DNA of 64,000 nucleotides from Octopus vulgaris. Lineage: Eukaryota. The notes below the pieces were generated by a model. It did no database searches. It saw only the letters and a list, made by a program, of their open reading frames with translations, and was not told the origin of the DNA. The stretch is from assembly GCA_951406725.2 (NCBI GenBank), contig OX597816.1:114700001-114764000 (forward strand), written 5' to 3'. This document shows positions 40,011 through 52,925 of the stretch, in pieces. The first letter of the stretch is position 1. Each line of letters opens with the position of its first letter. Both the position numbers and the translations under genes were made by a program.

Positions 40011-40485
40011 CATTCCCTAAAACGCCCACAAAAAATTTCCCAGAACACTGCATCACCTCCCTGCAAAAAAAAAAAAAAAAGTAAAAAGAAGAGAAAGCAT
40101 GAAACCAAAAGGAAAGAAAAGGCAAAAATAGTTCTGGAAACACCATAATTTTTTTTTTTTTGTTAATTTATTTGTTTATTTGTTACCACTTTCTATAAAT
40201 AATAGAATAATAGCTTTAATTACAGCGATGTGCCTTCTGAGCAAAGCTGTTATGTTCTGATGTCTACTATGAAGCTGATAAAGTGATGACAAGATTCTAC
40301 TTTGCTAGCTCAGCAATTGATCACCGTTTACTTAAAGGAAACTGTTAGTTTCCTTTATTTCTGAAGAGATGATGATGTTATTGTCATTGATGTTGTCGTG
40401 GTTTAGCCCCAGATTATCACTGATTCATTGATCTACGATTAAAGGCGTCCTATCTGTGACTTGCTGTCTTTTATGGTCAGATATA

Positions 40486-41784
40486 CGAGAGGGTGTTTGA
40501 AAAGTTTTGAGCCTAACCTAGTAACGGGGCTGCTAGATAGCTGAAACAATTTTTTCTGGTAAGTACAGTCTTTTCGGAGTATTCTTGTTCATTTTCATGA
40601 TTCTAATATTTTAACTTTTTTTTTTGTTACAGATTTTTGAATAAACAAGTGTCGAGGTTACAAGGAAAATGAAAAAACTGAGTATCGTGCTGTCATAAAG
40701 TACCTTCATTTGAAAGGCATGACTCCATCAGAAATCCATGAAAATATGGTGAGAACCTTAACAGACAATGCTCCATCATATGCAACAGTCAAACGCTGGG
40801 TAAATGGATTCAAGCATGGCAGGGAGAGTGTGGAATATGATCCCAGACCAGAGAGACCTCCAACTGCAACCACCAAGGACAACCTTGGCATTGCTCTTGG
40901 CATGATTATGCAAGATCGCTGAATATTATGTCATCAGATAACCGAGAGACTGGGCATCTCAACTGAAAGAGCAGACAACATTGTGACAAAAGAATTTGGG
41001 TTCTTAAAGGTTTCCGCAAGGTGGGTCCCTCACTTTTTGACTCTTGAACAGAAATGCACCAGGTGAACTTTGTCCACGAGCAATCTGGAACTGTTTGAAG
41101 CTGATGAAGAGAATTTTCTTGCTCGTTTCATTACTACGGACGAAATTTGGGTTCATCACTACCAGCCTGAAACCAAAAAACAATCATAGCTGTGGAAGCA
41201 CACATCTTCGCCTACCCCAAAGAAGGCCAGGGACATTCCTTCAAATGGCAAGGTCATGGTGTTTGTTTTTTTTAGGATTCTCAAGGTGTCTTGCTGATCG
41301 ATTACCTTGAAAAGGGTCACACCGTGACAGGGCTGTATTATTCTCAGCTACTGAAACGCCTCCGAGAGACAATCAAAGTAAAAAGGCCGGGAATGCTCAC
41401 CAGAAGAGTCCTTTTTCATCACGACAATGATCCAGCCCACACCTCAGACGTTGCCATGACAACAATTCGTGATTGTGGATACGAACTTGTTCCCCATCAG
41501 CCTTATTCGCCAGGCTTACCCCCTTCTGACTTTCATCTATTCTCCAAAATGAAAAAAAGCCCTGGATGGTCACCATTTTGCCAGTGACAATGGCATTAAT
41601 AATGCCGTTAGAAATTTCTTGGAGTCTCAAACAAAAGAGTTCTTCTACGCCGGGATAATGGCGCTTCAGCACCGCTGGAGAAAGTGTTCAGCCATCGAGT
41701 GGAACAATGTTGAAAATTAAATCATCCGAAGTCTTGTATCATGTTTTGCTTTATTGAGGCTCAACACTTTCCATACACCCCTCG
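40486..41784 (+). mobile_element. Full-length (~1.3 kb) mariner transposon, inactive
   Basis: TIRs CGAGAGGGTGTTTGAAAAGTTTTGAGCCT / AGGCTCAACACTTTCCATACACCCCTCG, TA TSD, typical mariner length. Confidence 0.95.
40669..41720 (+). pseudogene. mariner DD34D transposase pseudogene
   Basis: EYRAVIKYLHLKGMTPSEIH..APSYATVKRWVNGFKHGR..., WVPHFLT, ITTDEIWVHHY, HHDNDPAH, PYSPGLPPSDFHLF, with several stops and frameshifts. Confidence 0.93.
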
Positions 41785-42416
41785 TAGATGTATCTTTCAT
41801 GATCATAGATGTATCTAGGATTACAAAGTGAAGCCACAAGGCCTAATGGTTAGAGTGTGGCACTCACAATCCTTTCTTGTAATCATGGTTTCGATCCCCA
41901 GAGTGTGCCATCTTAAAACAAAGGCAGTTGCCTGGAGGTTTAACGCGTTTAGGGATCCAACAGGTGTAGGGGCCTGAAATGTCTAAAGCTTGTAGATCAG
42001 GATCAGCTCAAAATCAAAGAGTTAAACCCACTACACTACTATCCAGGTAATAAAGCCCGTGGATTTAAGGGACACTAGAATGAACATATAGCATTGAATT
42101 TGATCCCACGGTTTGCCACTTAGAAATCACAATTCAATCATGTGCACAACCGAGGTTTTACCCAAAGAGCGGTCGTTGTTCATGTGATAGTTCAGTGGCT
42201 CGTCTAGACTCTCCATCAACGCAGCCTATAAATACAGTGAAATTTCGTAGTGTTGCAGATATCAGAGTTGCTATGACGTTCTGCATTCACGCCATATTTA
42301 GAGTGTCTTGGGTCAGATGGTGTACACTTCCCTTATAGCCGTTTTCATAGCTGCAGATTCAACCTGGAGTAATTGAAGAAGGCACACTGGGGCACCTGAA
42401 TATGTATTTGATGAAT

Positions 42417-42803
42417 CGGAGGCGCAATGGCCCAGTGGTTAGGGCAGTGGACTCGCGGTCATAGGATCACGATTTCGATTCCCAGACCGGGCGTTGTGAG
42501 TGCTTATTGAGCGAAAACACCTAAAGCTCCACGAGGCTCCGGCAGGGGATGGTGATGATCCCTGCTGTACTCTTTCACCACAACATTCTCTCACTCTTAC
42601 TTCCTGTTTCTGTTGTACCTGTATTTCAGAGGGCCGTCCTTGTCACTCTCTGTGTCACGCTGAATATCCCCGAGAACTACGTTAAGGGTACACGTGTCTG
42701 TGGAGTGGTCAGCCACTTACACGTTAATTTCACGAGCAGGCTGTTCCGTTGATTCGGATCAACCGGAACCCTCGTCGTCGTAACCGACGGAGTGCTCCCA
42801 TCC
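42417..42803 (+). mobile_element. Young tRNA-headed SINE (family B)
   Basis: A box tggcccagtgg, B-box-like atttcgattccc, CpG-rich, exact 11-bp TSD atttgatgaat (42406-42416 / 42804-42814). Confidence 0.92.
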
Positions 42804-43569
42804 ATTTGATGAATAAAATTATCCCAAATGTTAAATCTTTAACGAAGATTTTCTGTATGTGTCAGATTACACTATTTCATCAAAATGATTCTGTTAATTG
42901 TATTGTATGAACACCTTTCCTATTTATGTAACAAATAAGTTATTTTCCAACACATAAAGAAGCCCTTTCTTTTGTTACAGACACAACGTGTCAAGTGTCA
43001 GGAATCACGGTGAACATCAAGACAGGATAAAAGTCCCCTCGCATTCCAAAAAAAAAAAAAAAAAAAAAAAAAGAGACCACCGTTCATCAGTCTATCCTGT
43101 TCCTGTAATGGTCATTTAACAAAATCGTAGTTACCTGTAGAGTACTTATAGATCATTCCAGAATATCAGAGGGCGCTAATGGGTCCAGGAGCCCAATTCG
43201 AATCTATGGTTTGCTGTCAATAAATAAAATACTACAAGATTTAGGGCATTGATTTGTCTGGGTGGGGTGGGTGGGCGTCCTGTAATGCTGATAAGACAGC
43301 CGCGTACCCAGGTCAGACAGTGCATGATGTTCCTGAGGAAAACGTTTATTTTCATGTTGTTCTAGTTCAGTCACCTGTAAGGGAGTAAACCCTACGATGG
43401 ATTACTGTTCTATTCAAGGGTAATGTCATGACGTCGGTTGCTTGTACGCAATGGAAACCAGGTGTGCCTCCTTATGAGTCACAAGACTCAAAATAGTACT
43501 TACTAAGACTGCAAAATACTTAGACTACCTTCTAAAATAGTATAGTGTAATTTAAGGGAGATAAGTAAG

Positions 43570-43993
43570 GGATCATTTCGGTTTGAACGGCAGTTTTTTC
43601 TAGCGGTGTCATATGAAATTGTCACCTATAATTATGACCCTAGAATCGATCTATTGCAATTCAATCTCTTTTAGGGTTAGGGTTAGTTAGGGTTAGGGGT
43701 GGGGGAACGGTATCTTTTTTCCTTCACATATGTAAATAAACCCAATCTGTTTCTTAAACGAGGGACATATTCATACGGCACAGAATGTTTGTCACCTCAA
43801 TAGACGTCACTGATTGGTTGAAATTTCAGAAATTGAAGAAAAAAACAACAAATATCTTACAAACTATAGAATTTTCTCAATAAAGCCAAGAGAAAAAAAT
43901 GTTTTATAAACACATTCTACCAGTATACGAAGTTAAAATTTTTTAGTTACCTAGAAATTATGTTAAAAACTGCCGTTCAAACCGAAAAGATCT
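43570..43993. mobile_element. MITE related to 11253-11777 with internal TTAGGG repeats
   Basis: TIRs GGATCATTTCGGTTTGAACGGCAGTTTT / AAAACTGCCGTTCAAACCGAAAAGATCT, exact 8-bp TSD taagtaag; right ~190 bp homologous to the arms of the 11.3-kb palindrome. Confidence 0.9.
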
Positions 43994-44384
43994 TAAGTAA
44001 GTTTCCATGTAAGATGGTGTAAGATTAATCGAATCTTGTATCTATTGATACTCTATGATAATGATAATTGTATTTGTGTATGTAAATGAGAGAGAGGGGT
44101 GTTGAGTGAGAGTGTGTTGTCTATTTAGATAGATTTTTATGCCAAATTATATACCAAAACAATTTAACATTAAAGGAGAGAATTACTTGATACGTTTTAG
44201 TAGAGTACATGTTAATAAAAGTTTTAAAAGAGAGGTAACAGTTACTTCGAAGATTTGGCCTGCTAACTTTTACGAGATACACAATGAATTCATGTGTGCG
44301 TGTCTGTGCATGTGCGCGCACGTGCGTGTGTGTGCGCGTGTGTGCATGTATGTTATTGTGAGTGCGTGTGTCTACATAGATATA

Positions 44385-45465
44385 CGAGATGAGTTAAAAA
44401 AGTATCCGACTTATTTTTTCTGCCAAAACTAACACCGCATGGGCAAAATCCTTTGGGTGGGAGGTGACGTCACCTTTCCTGCACTTGTGTGAAAAGTTTC
44501 GTACCGGAAGACGGCATTGGTTCCTGGCTGCTATGCCTAGTGTACAGATGTGTAGTGTGCCCTAATCAGATTTTCGCTTTCTCACAAGATGAACGAACGC
44601 ACCGAGTAGATACTATAAACCAGTGATGATGCTCTTTATGAAGTTTGAGCCATGGCTTGTACAGTCCAGCATATCCTGAGTAATTTCCATGCAGAGTTGT
44701 TTCTGCTACTTCACCAGCACCCTGGGGACGAATTTCGCTGACGCTCATTACATGCACAAAGCCTCCGTTAAAAAGAAATGCACTGATCCTGTGCTTATTC
44801 CCACTTCGAGAGCAATTTCCTGGATTGTTACATGATAGTTTTCCATGACTATTCACTGAACCTTCTCAATACAATTGGCTCCTCGTTTCAGCTTGTGATT
44901 GGCCTGCTTAGATGTGCCTCGCTCTCCACTGAAGTGCGGCCATATGTGAAGCGATTATACACTCCTTGATCTGAGTTTTGCTCATGGCATCATCGCCAAT
45001 GGCCTGCTGAATTTTCTGGGTGGTTTAACCCTTTTGATACCAACCTGGCCAAAACCGCCTCTGGCTCTGTAGAACAAATGTCTTGTTTTCATAAGTATTG
45101 AATTAAAATCTTCCATCAAACCTTAGTCACAATTTATGTTCCCAACACCAGCTTAATGATAACTAAGTTCTTTTATTAAATTCTTTGTTGTATTTAAAAT
45201 TAATTGAATGAAACACAGAGCATCTCAAAATAAATACAGTAACAAAAGAGTTAAGCCTAAGTATCACCAAGCTTTTGACAAAATTTGATGCAATATCTCT
45301 GCTCAATGTGTTCAGTGAAAAGAGAAAATCCGACGAGCACACATTATATGGCTGTACTCTAGGAGTAAAAGCTGGGAACTGATGTGATCAAACGGTACGA
45401 AAATTTTCATGCATGCACAAGAAGGGTGGTGTCACCTTCCAAAGAAAGGATTTTGAGCAAATGAC
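44385..45465. mobile_element. Rearranged mariner: two 5' ends in inverted orientation with the transposase N-terminus on the minus strand
   Basis: TA-CGAGATGAGTTAAAAAAGT left end; 44445-44590 is reverse-complementary to 45315-45460. Minus strand reads EQRYCIKFCQKLG..IQQAIGDDAMSKTQIKE..GRTSVESE..IQEIALEVGISTGSVH..AKFVPRVL..IITG. Confidence 0.82.
45029..45250. mobile_element. piggyBac-type MITE nested in the mariner transposase
   Basis: TTAA TSD on both sides; TIRs cccttttgatacc / agtaacaaaagag; the mariner reading frame resumes across the TTAA. Confidence 0.8.
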
Positions 45466-45634
45466 ATTTTGCATCACACCAACATCGATGCGTCTATGTG
45501 GTACTGGCATGGGTGCTTTTTACATAGTGCTGATACAAATGCTTTTTAAAAAATACTGACAAAGGGCTCTTGCAGGCCAGTTCTCTGCAGTAGGGACAGT
45601 GGCATTAACAATTCTGCTGTAGGGGACAGATCTT

Positions 45635-45795
45635 TTTCAGTATGGCTCAGTGTCCTGAGATCATCTTTCGGTATTCCATCCCATGTCTTTTTGGGTCTCT
45701 CTCTTCCATGAGCTCCATCCATTTTGAGTGATTGACACTTCTTTATGGATCAGTCCATATCCATCTATATCACGTGACCAAACCAGTGCAATACT
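45635..45795 (-). pseudogene. RTE-clade LINE reverse transcriptase C-terminal fragment
   Basis: LHWFGHVI*MD..KKCQSLKMDGAHGRERPKKTWDGIPKDDLRTL matches the RLRWFGHV...RGRPRKTW motif. Confidence 0.75.
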
Positions 45796-46576
45796 AATAC
45801 TACTCCACGGAAACCACAAACAGTGCTCATTGTTTATGTGCCATAACTTAGTAGCTTGACAAACAGAAATCAATAAATGTCTGACTTAAAAATAAGAACT
45901 GGAGTCAATATCTTTGACTAACTTTCAACTTGGTGAGATAGTATGGCCACATTCCAATGAGAGAAACAAGTTAAAAAAATGAAAGAAGGCAGCATTTTGA
46001 ACTACATTATCCTTTCCGTATTTTTAAATGGTAGGGTGTAACTTGAGGGGATTTAGCTGTCATTTCTGGCAGGTTATTTAGTAGAAGTAGATACTAGCAG
46101 TAACAGAATAACTAATTGCTTATCACAGTACTTGGATGTGATTACTGATTACTTGTCGCAGTCACGGATCATGTTAATTATCCAACAGATACTCTGTTAC
46201 TCTGGGAGATACACTGGCAGCAATTAAGACAGATCGGGTTTTTAGAATGAATTATTTGTACACAGTGGGTTAGGGGGTAGTGATAGAAAATCCAGCTGAG
46301 AAGATGACAAGATGGAAGAGGGCTATTTAGTGTATTCTCGGAAATTCACTGAGTTATACCAGCAGCAGGGGGGAAAATATAGATTGATGACATAACAGTA
46401 TAATTTATAGTGAACGTGCACACACACACACACTCATGCACATTCACACGTACATATAGAGGCACACATGTGTACATTTATACATTTCAACACACATGCA
46501 GACTTACTTGTGTTATTTTATGATATAAATAGTAACTGTAAAAGTTAGAAGCACACACTCACACACACACATGCAT

Positions 46577-46625
<49 letters not shown>

Positions 46626-47149
46626 CACAAATATATATATACAGATACACATACATATATATACATATACACAAATACGCATACATATACAGACACTGGG
46701 TAATATTAAAATTATATTTGCTCTGGGTTTTTCCCATGTACCTTTGCTCACTTGTATGTACTTTCTTGCATACACATGCATGCATACACACGTGTGCACA
46801 CACATGTGCACACACATGCACACACACACATACACACATGCACGTATACCCATGAAGATGCACACATATATACACACATATGCTCTCTTCCTATTTCTTT
46901 CTTCATCTCTTTCCCCTTTCTTTCTCTCTCTCACATACACATACACACAAAATCACACACCATATACATGCAATAATAATAATAATAAAAAAACTAATAA
47001 TAATGATAATAATAATGACACATAGCCTAATCATACAGGCAATCAGCCATAATTACATATACTTAAACTCACATTAAAATTATACATTCAAATTAAAAAT
47101 TAAATGACATCATTTGTAAAAATCTCATTAAAATGATTTTGGATGAAGA

Positions 47150-47171
47150 CAATAATGTTAGTAATGACGAC

Positions 47172-47230
<59 letters not shown>

Positions 47231-47375
47231 TTAATAATAACATCATTATTCAAAATAATAATACTTATAATAATAATATTAAAAATAGTATATAATGAAT
47301 AATGATAATAATCACTTAATAATAATGAATAATAATGAGAATAAAGTGGAGGAACTAATAACAATAATAATAATG

Positions 47376-47409
<34 letters not shown>

Positions 47410-47620
47410 TGATGATGACGATGATGATAATCATCATCGTCATCGTCATTATTAATGTTATTTTGTTTTTGTTCTTGATATTTTTATTCCTATAAATAAT
47501 AGTGATAATAATATTAACAATATATGATGATAATGATGATGATGAGATAATAATAATAATGATAATAATAATAATATTAATAATAGTAATAATGAGAATA
47601 ATAATGATAAGGATAAACCT
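47150..47620. repeat. (AAT)n/(GAT)n microsatellite region
   Basis: Directly visible. Confidence 0.95.
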
Positions 47621-47897
47621 TTAGAACAACCATTACAACTATTGTGCAATGTCTCAATGATAAGTGGGCCAAAATTTGGCACTAGCTTAGAGTATCTTGC
47701 TTGTATTTAAATCAATTTTACAGACGATAATGATGTCAATAAGGTTAATATTTCTTGAGATAATAGAGAATACTCAAACTACAACATTCAATTTTGGTAA
47801 AGATTTTACTGGATTCTATTGTACTTTTTTTCTTTTATGTTGATGCTTGTTTGCTGTCTTTATTTTCTTGAACTAAATAAGATGTCAGCCGTTTGTG

Positions 47898-47932
<35 letters not shown>

Positions 47933-48764
47933 ATTTGTGTGTTAATGTACTTGTGTGTGTAAGTGCATATCTGTATGTATTTACGTCTAGATATATATGT
48001 GTGTGAAAATATATATATACATATATATACCTGCATACATGCATTCATATATACATACATAAATACAGACATTCTTACATACATGCTGCATGCATACATA
48101 CTTACATACATATATACTGCATGCATGCATGCATACATACATACATACATACATACATACATACATACATACATACATACATACATACATACATGCAAAC
48201 AAAATTTACATGTGTGGCACCAGAAATATTTCTGTGTGTATCTATGTATGCATACAATTACATGTGTATGTATACTATATGCTTAAGTGCATATGTTTAT
48301 GTGTATGTGTGTGTATGTGTATGTGTTTCTTTATTGGCATCAGAGTGTGAATGTATATATCTCAAACTAAATTTAAAAATTGAAATAATGATGTAGGTAT
48401 AGTTGTGTGCTAAGAAATTTTTTTCATGCCCATTTAATTTCAGGTTCAGACTCACTGCATGACACCTCGGTCAAGTGTCTTCAACTACAACCCCAGGCTG
48501 ACCAAAAACCTGTATGTGGATTTGAAAAGAAGTCCATTGCACAAACACACATGCATCTATATCTATCTATCTATCTATATATATATATGTGTATTGCTGA
48601 GAGTGGGGAGTGTCATTTTCTTTTTGTGCCTTATAATTTAACATGCTCACCGGTAAAATTTCCACATATTTCTTTTTTTTCTTTCGTTGTGTCTTGCAAC
48701 AAAATATGCTTCAACACATGAACTCACATAAAGAATCTTGCAAACCGAATCCCCAAACGAAATT

Positions 48765-48796
<32 letters not shown>

Positions 48797-49090
48797 ATGG
48801 ACTCCCCTGTCATTAGACGATGCATGAGAGTTTGACAATTTCTTTCCACACAACCACACAAATGATTTGTCTATAGTGATCAAATGTTTACAATGATCAC
48901 TCCCCTCATCAGATCAATGACACCTGTATAGGTACAATGCATGTCACATGCCAAATGTTAAAATGATTGCAGAGTAACATGAAATGAAGTGCTTTGCTCA
49001 AGAACACAATGCAACACTTGGTCCGGGAATTGAACCCACAGTCTCACAATTGTGAGTGCAACACCCAATACCACTAAGCCATATACCTTC
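48797..49090 (-). mobile_element. SINE family C
   Basis: Reverse-complement homologue of 13603-13905 (gtgctttgctcaagaacacaa...gggaattgaacccac). Confidence 0.72.
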
Positions 49091-49094
49091 ACAC

Positions 49095-49273
49095 ACATAG
49101 CCAACACAACATTAAAATAATTACAAATAGCCAGTGCTGATTCTAATCCAAGGAATTGCAATTGCAAAGATGAGACCTCCTGTCTGTTAGAAGGAAAATG
49201 TCTTGAGAAAGGGATTGTGTATAGAGCCAAAGTACAAATAGAAGGCTCACGAAAATATAAAACATTCACAGGT
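49095..49273 (+). pseudogene. Penelope-like element fragment: Cys-rich linker and start of the GIY-YIG endonuclease
   Basis: QHNIKII..RNCNCKDETSCLLEGKCLEKGIVYRAKVQIEGSRKYKTFTG matches the PLE motif HNxKI...CNCxxxxxCPLxGxCLxxxIVYxAxV...YIG. Confidence 0.78.
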
Positions 49274-49589
49274 GATCACAAACACAAGGTAGTGAGTTTG
49301 AATCCTAGATTGGGCTGTGTTTTGTGTTCTTGAGCAAGACACTTTATTTCATGTTGCTTCAGTTCACTCAGCTGCAGGAGTAAGTAGTGACATCACTGGT
49401 GCCAAGCTGTATCAACCTTTGCCTTTCCCTTGGATAACATCAGTGGTGTGGAGAGGGGAAGCTGGTATGCATGGGCGACTGCTGGTCTTCCATAAAACAA
49501 CCTTGCCCAGACTTGTGACTCGGAGGGTAACTTTTTAAGTGCAATACCATGGCCATTCATGACCTTTTAATCACTAAACATTTATATAT

Positions 49590-49980
49590 ACGTCATCATC
49601 ATCATCAGTATCATCATCATTTAACGTCCATTGTCCATGCATGGTTTTCTACAGCTGGATGCCCTTCCTAGTGCCAACCACTCTGAGAGTGTAATGGGTG
49701 CTTTTATGTGCCTCTGGCTTCTGTACCAGTGGCATGTAAAAAGTACCATTTAAGCATGGGCAATGCCAATGCCACCTGACAGGCCCTCATGCTGGAGGCA
49801 CATAAAAAGCACCCACTACACTGTCAGGGTGGTTGGCGTTAGGAAGAGCATCCAGCTGTAGAAACTTTGCCAGATCAGATTGGAGCCTGGTGCAGCTTTC
49901 TGGCTCGCCAGCCCTCAGTCAAACCATCCAACCCATCCCAGCATGGAAAGCAGACATTAAACGACAATGATGATGATGGT
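49590..49980. mobile_element. Inverted pair of RTE-type tail elements
   Basis: Minus copy 49590-49735 (acagctggatgcccttcctagtgccaaccact) and plus copy 49790-49980 (ggttggcgttaggaagagcatccagctgtagaaa). Confidence 0.75.
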
Positions 49981-49985
49981 ACCTT

Positions 49986-50044
<59 letters not shown>

Positions 50045-50054
50045 TATATGTTTG

Positions 50055-50093
<39 letters not shown>

Positions 50094-50371
50094 ATGTGTT
50101 TGTGGGTGTTTATGTGTGTAAGCATCACCATTTGTTAATTTTCCATCCTGGCATGGGTTGGATGATTTGGCAGGATCTGCTGTGTTCGAAGACTGCATTT
50201 TGCTCTGATGTCAGCTTAGGCATGATTTATATGGCTGGATACACTTCCTGACCTACTACATACTTTTATCATGCTACCTGTGCTCATGAGGTTGTCATAC
50301 AGCTTGCAAGGATATATATAAACATATATAGGTAAAAAAATATAAGGAGTGTGTTGTGTTACATAAATAAT

Positions 50372-50662
50372 ATTTCAAAGATTTAATAAAAAATAAATGT
50401 AAAATTTAACAAAATCAAACTGAAAATTTAACAAAACCATATCAAATGGAAATTTTGACAAAACCATAACTCACAGAAAATTCATAGCTAATTCCTCATC
50501 TGTCAACGTCCAAGAAGGAATGGTCTCATCAATAACAATGTGAAACTGTTATGATCTCTTCAATGTTGACTGATGAGGAATTAGCTATGAAATTTTTGTG
50601 TTATTGTTTTTGTCAAATTGTTTTTGTTAAATTTTCTGTATGTTTTTATGAAACCCTTGAAA
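50372..50662. repeat. Long inverted repeat
   Basis: ttcatagctaattcctcatctgtcaac / gttgactgatgaggaattagctatgaa inner arms, with similarity extending outward. Confidence 0.85.
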
Positions 50663-50765
50663 CACACACACATGCACACATGCACATACACATGTACACA
50701 CATATATTGTTATAAGATGAGAAAACAGAGAGGTAATTAATAAATTATTATTTATTAATTTAAAA

Positions 50766-50939
50766 AATTGACAAACATCCCTTACAGCTGTTTCAATTCC
50801 GGACCTTCAGAAAAGTAATTAATAAAAATTAAAAATTAACTACCTCTGAAGAGATTTGACTTTCAAATATTTTTCAATTTAATTAATTAATTTTCTGATG
50901 GTCTGGAATTGAAACAACTGTAAGGGATATTTGTCAATT
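50766..50939. repeat. Inverted repeat with hammerhead-like motifs in both arms
   Basis: aattgacaaacatcccttacagctgtttcaattccggaccttcagaaaa / ttttctgatggtctggaattgaaacaactgtaagggatatttgtcaatt. Confidence 0.85.
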
Positions 50940-51275
50940 GTTGTGTGTGGGGGGGGACAAACATAGAAACACACACATATACACACATACATATATACAA
51001 CGAACTTCTTTCAGTTTCCGTCTACCAAATCCACTCACAAGGCTTTGGTCGGCCTGAGGCTATAGTAGAAGACGCTTGCCCAAGGTGCTACACTAGTGGG
51101 ACTGAACCCGGAACCATGTGATAAGCCACGGTTTATGTAGTTACTTGCAGTTGAGCATTAACTGTAATGTTCAATATTCTTTGTATAGGTAACTGACCAT
51201 AGGATTTTGCTATCCTTGAATGAGGTTTGCAATCTTTATTTGCGCTTATATATATATATATATATATGTATGTAA

Positions 51276-51338
<63 letters not shown>

Positions 51339-51351
51339 TACACATGTGGCT

Positions 51352-51705
51352 AGGTGCAGGCATGGATGTATGGTAAGAACCTTCCTTCTTTATCACATGG
51401 TTTCTGGTTCGGTCCTGTTGTGTGAACTTTTGGACAAATGCCTTATGCTGCAGCCCTGTAGATTTGGTTGATGGAAACTGAAAGAAACACAGCATGTGTG
51501 TGTGTGAGTGTATTTATATGTATCTGTGTGTGTGTGTTTTATGTTTGTGGTTTCCTTGTAACTTAGTGATTCAGAGACTAATAAAATAACTACCAGACTA
51601 GAAATAAGAAAAAATTCTATGGTCAATTTGTTTAACTAAGCACATCAGACAGGGCCCAAACATGACCACCATCTAATGACTGAAACAACTTAAAAGATAA
51701 AAGAT
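51352..51705 (+). mobile_element. SINE family A, heavily decayed
   Basis: aggtgcaggcatggatgtatggtaagaa head; tail aatgactgaaacaacttaaaagataaaaga. Confidence 0.75.
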
Positions 51706-51782
51706 ATTTATATATGTGTGTGTGTGTGTATATATATATAGATATATATATATATATACATATATATATATGTATATATATG

Positions 51783-51862
<80 letters not shown>

Positions 51863-51863
51863 C

Positions 51864-51918
<55 letters not shown>

Positions 51919-51919
51919 C

Positions 51920-51951
<32 letters not shown>

Positions 51952-52020
51952 GGCCGCGTGTGTATCATTGGCGATTTTTTTTCCTCCGTCTTCCCTTCCT
52001 TGGATCTTTCCTTTTTCTAT

Positions 52021-52056
52021 GTTTCTGATGAAGAGCTCTGCTCAAAACGTTAAATC
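52021..52056 (+). ncRNA. Minimal hammerhead-like motif, same family as 19302-19337, mutated
   Basis: gttt CTGATGA a gagc tct gctc AAAA cg TT aaat; GAAA has become AAAA, consistent with CpG decay. Confidence 0.55.
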
Positions 52057-52389
52057 TTCCTTCTTTCTTTCCTTTTGTGAGCGTCCAATAACACTATACT
52101 TGTTCCACGTCCTCGTGTTGTTGTGTTTTCTCATTGTGTTTTCATGTTTGAATTAACTATATATATATATATATATATATATTCATACATACATACATAC
52201 ATGTATGTATATATATATATATATATATACATACATGTCCATATATATGTATTTACATATACATATATGTATATGTATCTCACTCTCTCTCTCTATATAT
52301 ATATATGCATATATATATATATATATATTATTAGTATTTCTAAATTGAATTTTTTTCCGTGTATGTTTGGATTTTATTCCCCCAAATAA

Positions 52390-52429
<40 letters not shown>

Positions 52430-52445
52430 CATGAATATATGGCTG

Positions 52446-52698
52446 CAGGACATCACCAACAGCAAACAACATGAAATAAGAAAACAAATGCATTCAATAC
52501 GCAAGCAAGAGAAACAAATGGAAAACAGGACAAGTGATATAAAGAATGACCCTTCATCGGCTGTCAGCTGTCAATCTACTGACGAAGGGTCATTCTTTAG
52601 GTTATTCATCCTGCTTTTTCCATTTGTTTCTCTCGTTGCTTGCATATTGAACTCATCTGTTTTCGTATTTCATCTTGTTTGCTGTTGGTGACGTCCTG
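52446..52698. repeat. ~250-bp palindrome embedded in (TA)n
   Basis: caggacatcaccaacagcaaacaacatgaaata...aaagaatgacccttcatcgg / ctgacgaagggtcattcttt...tatttcatcttgtttgctgttggtgacgtcctg. Confidence 0.9.
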
Positions 52699-52747
52699 TA
52701 CTAATATATGCATATATATTAGTGTGCATATATATATATATATATTA

Positions 52748-52786
<39 letters not shown>

Positions 52787-52854
52787 TGTGCATATATATA
52801 TATATTTTTTATATTATTATTTAATTGAACACCACGCATCCATTTCCAAATAAG

Positions 52855-52925
<71 letters not shown>

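Noticed and set aside
42420-42495. tRNA gene
   Set aside because: The tRNA-like head continues into a SINE body bounded by TSDs; no complete cloverleaf.
47676-47687. TTTGGCACTAGC, matching the 5' part of miR-96-family miRNAs
   Set aside because: Only 12 nt match and there is no complementary hairpin arm.
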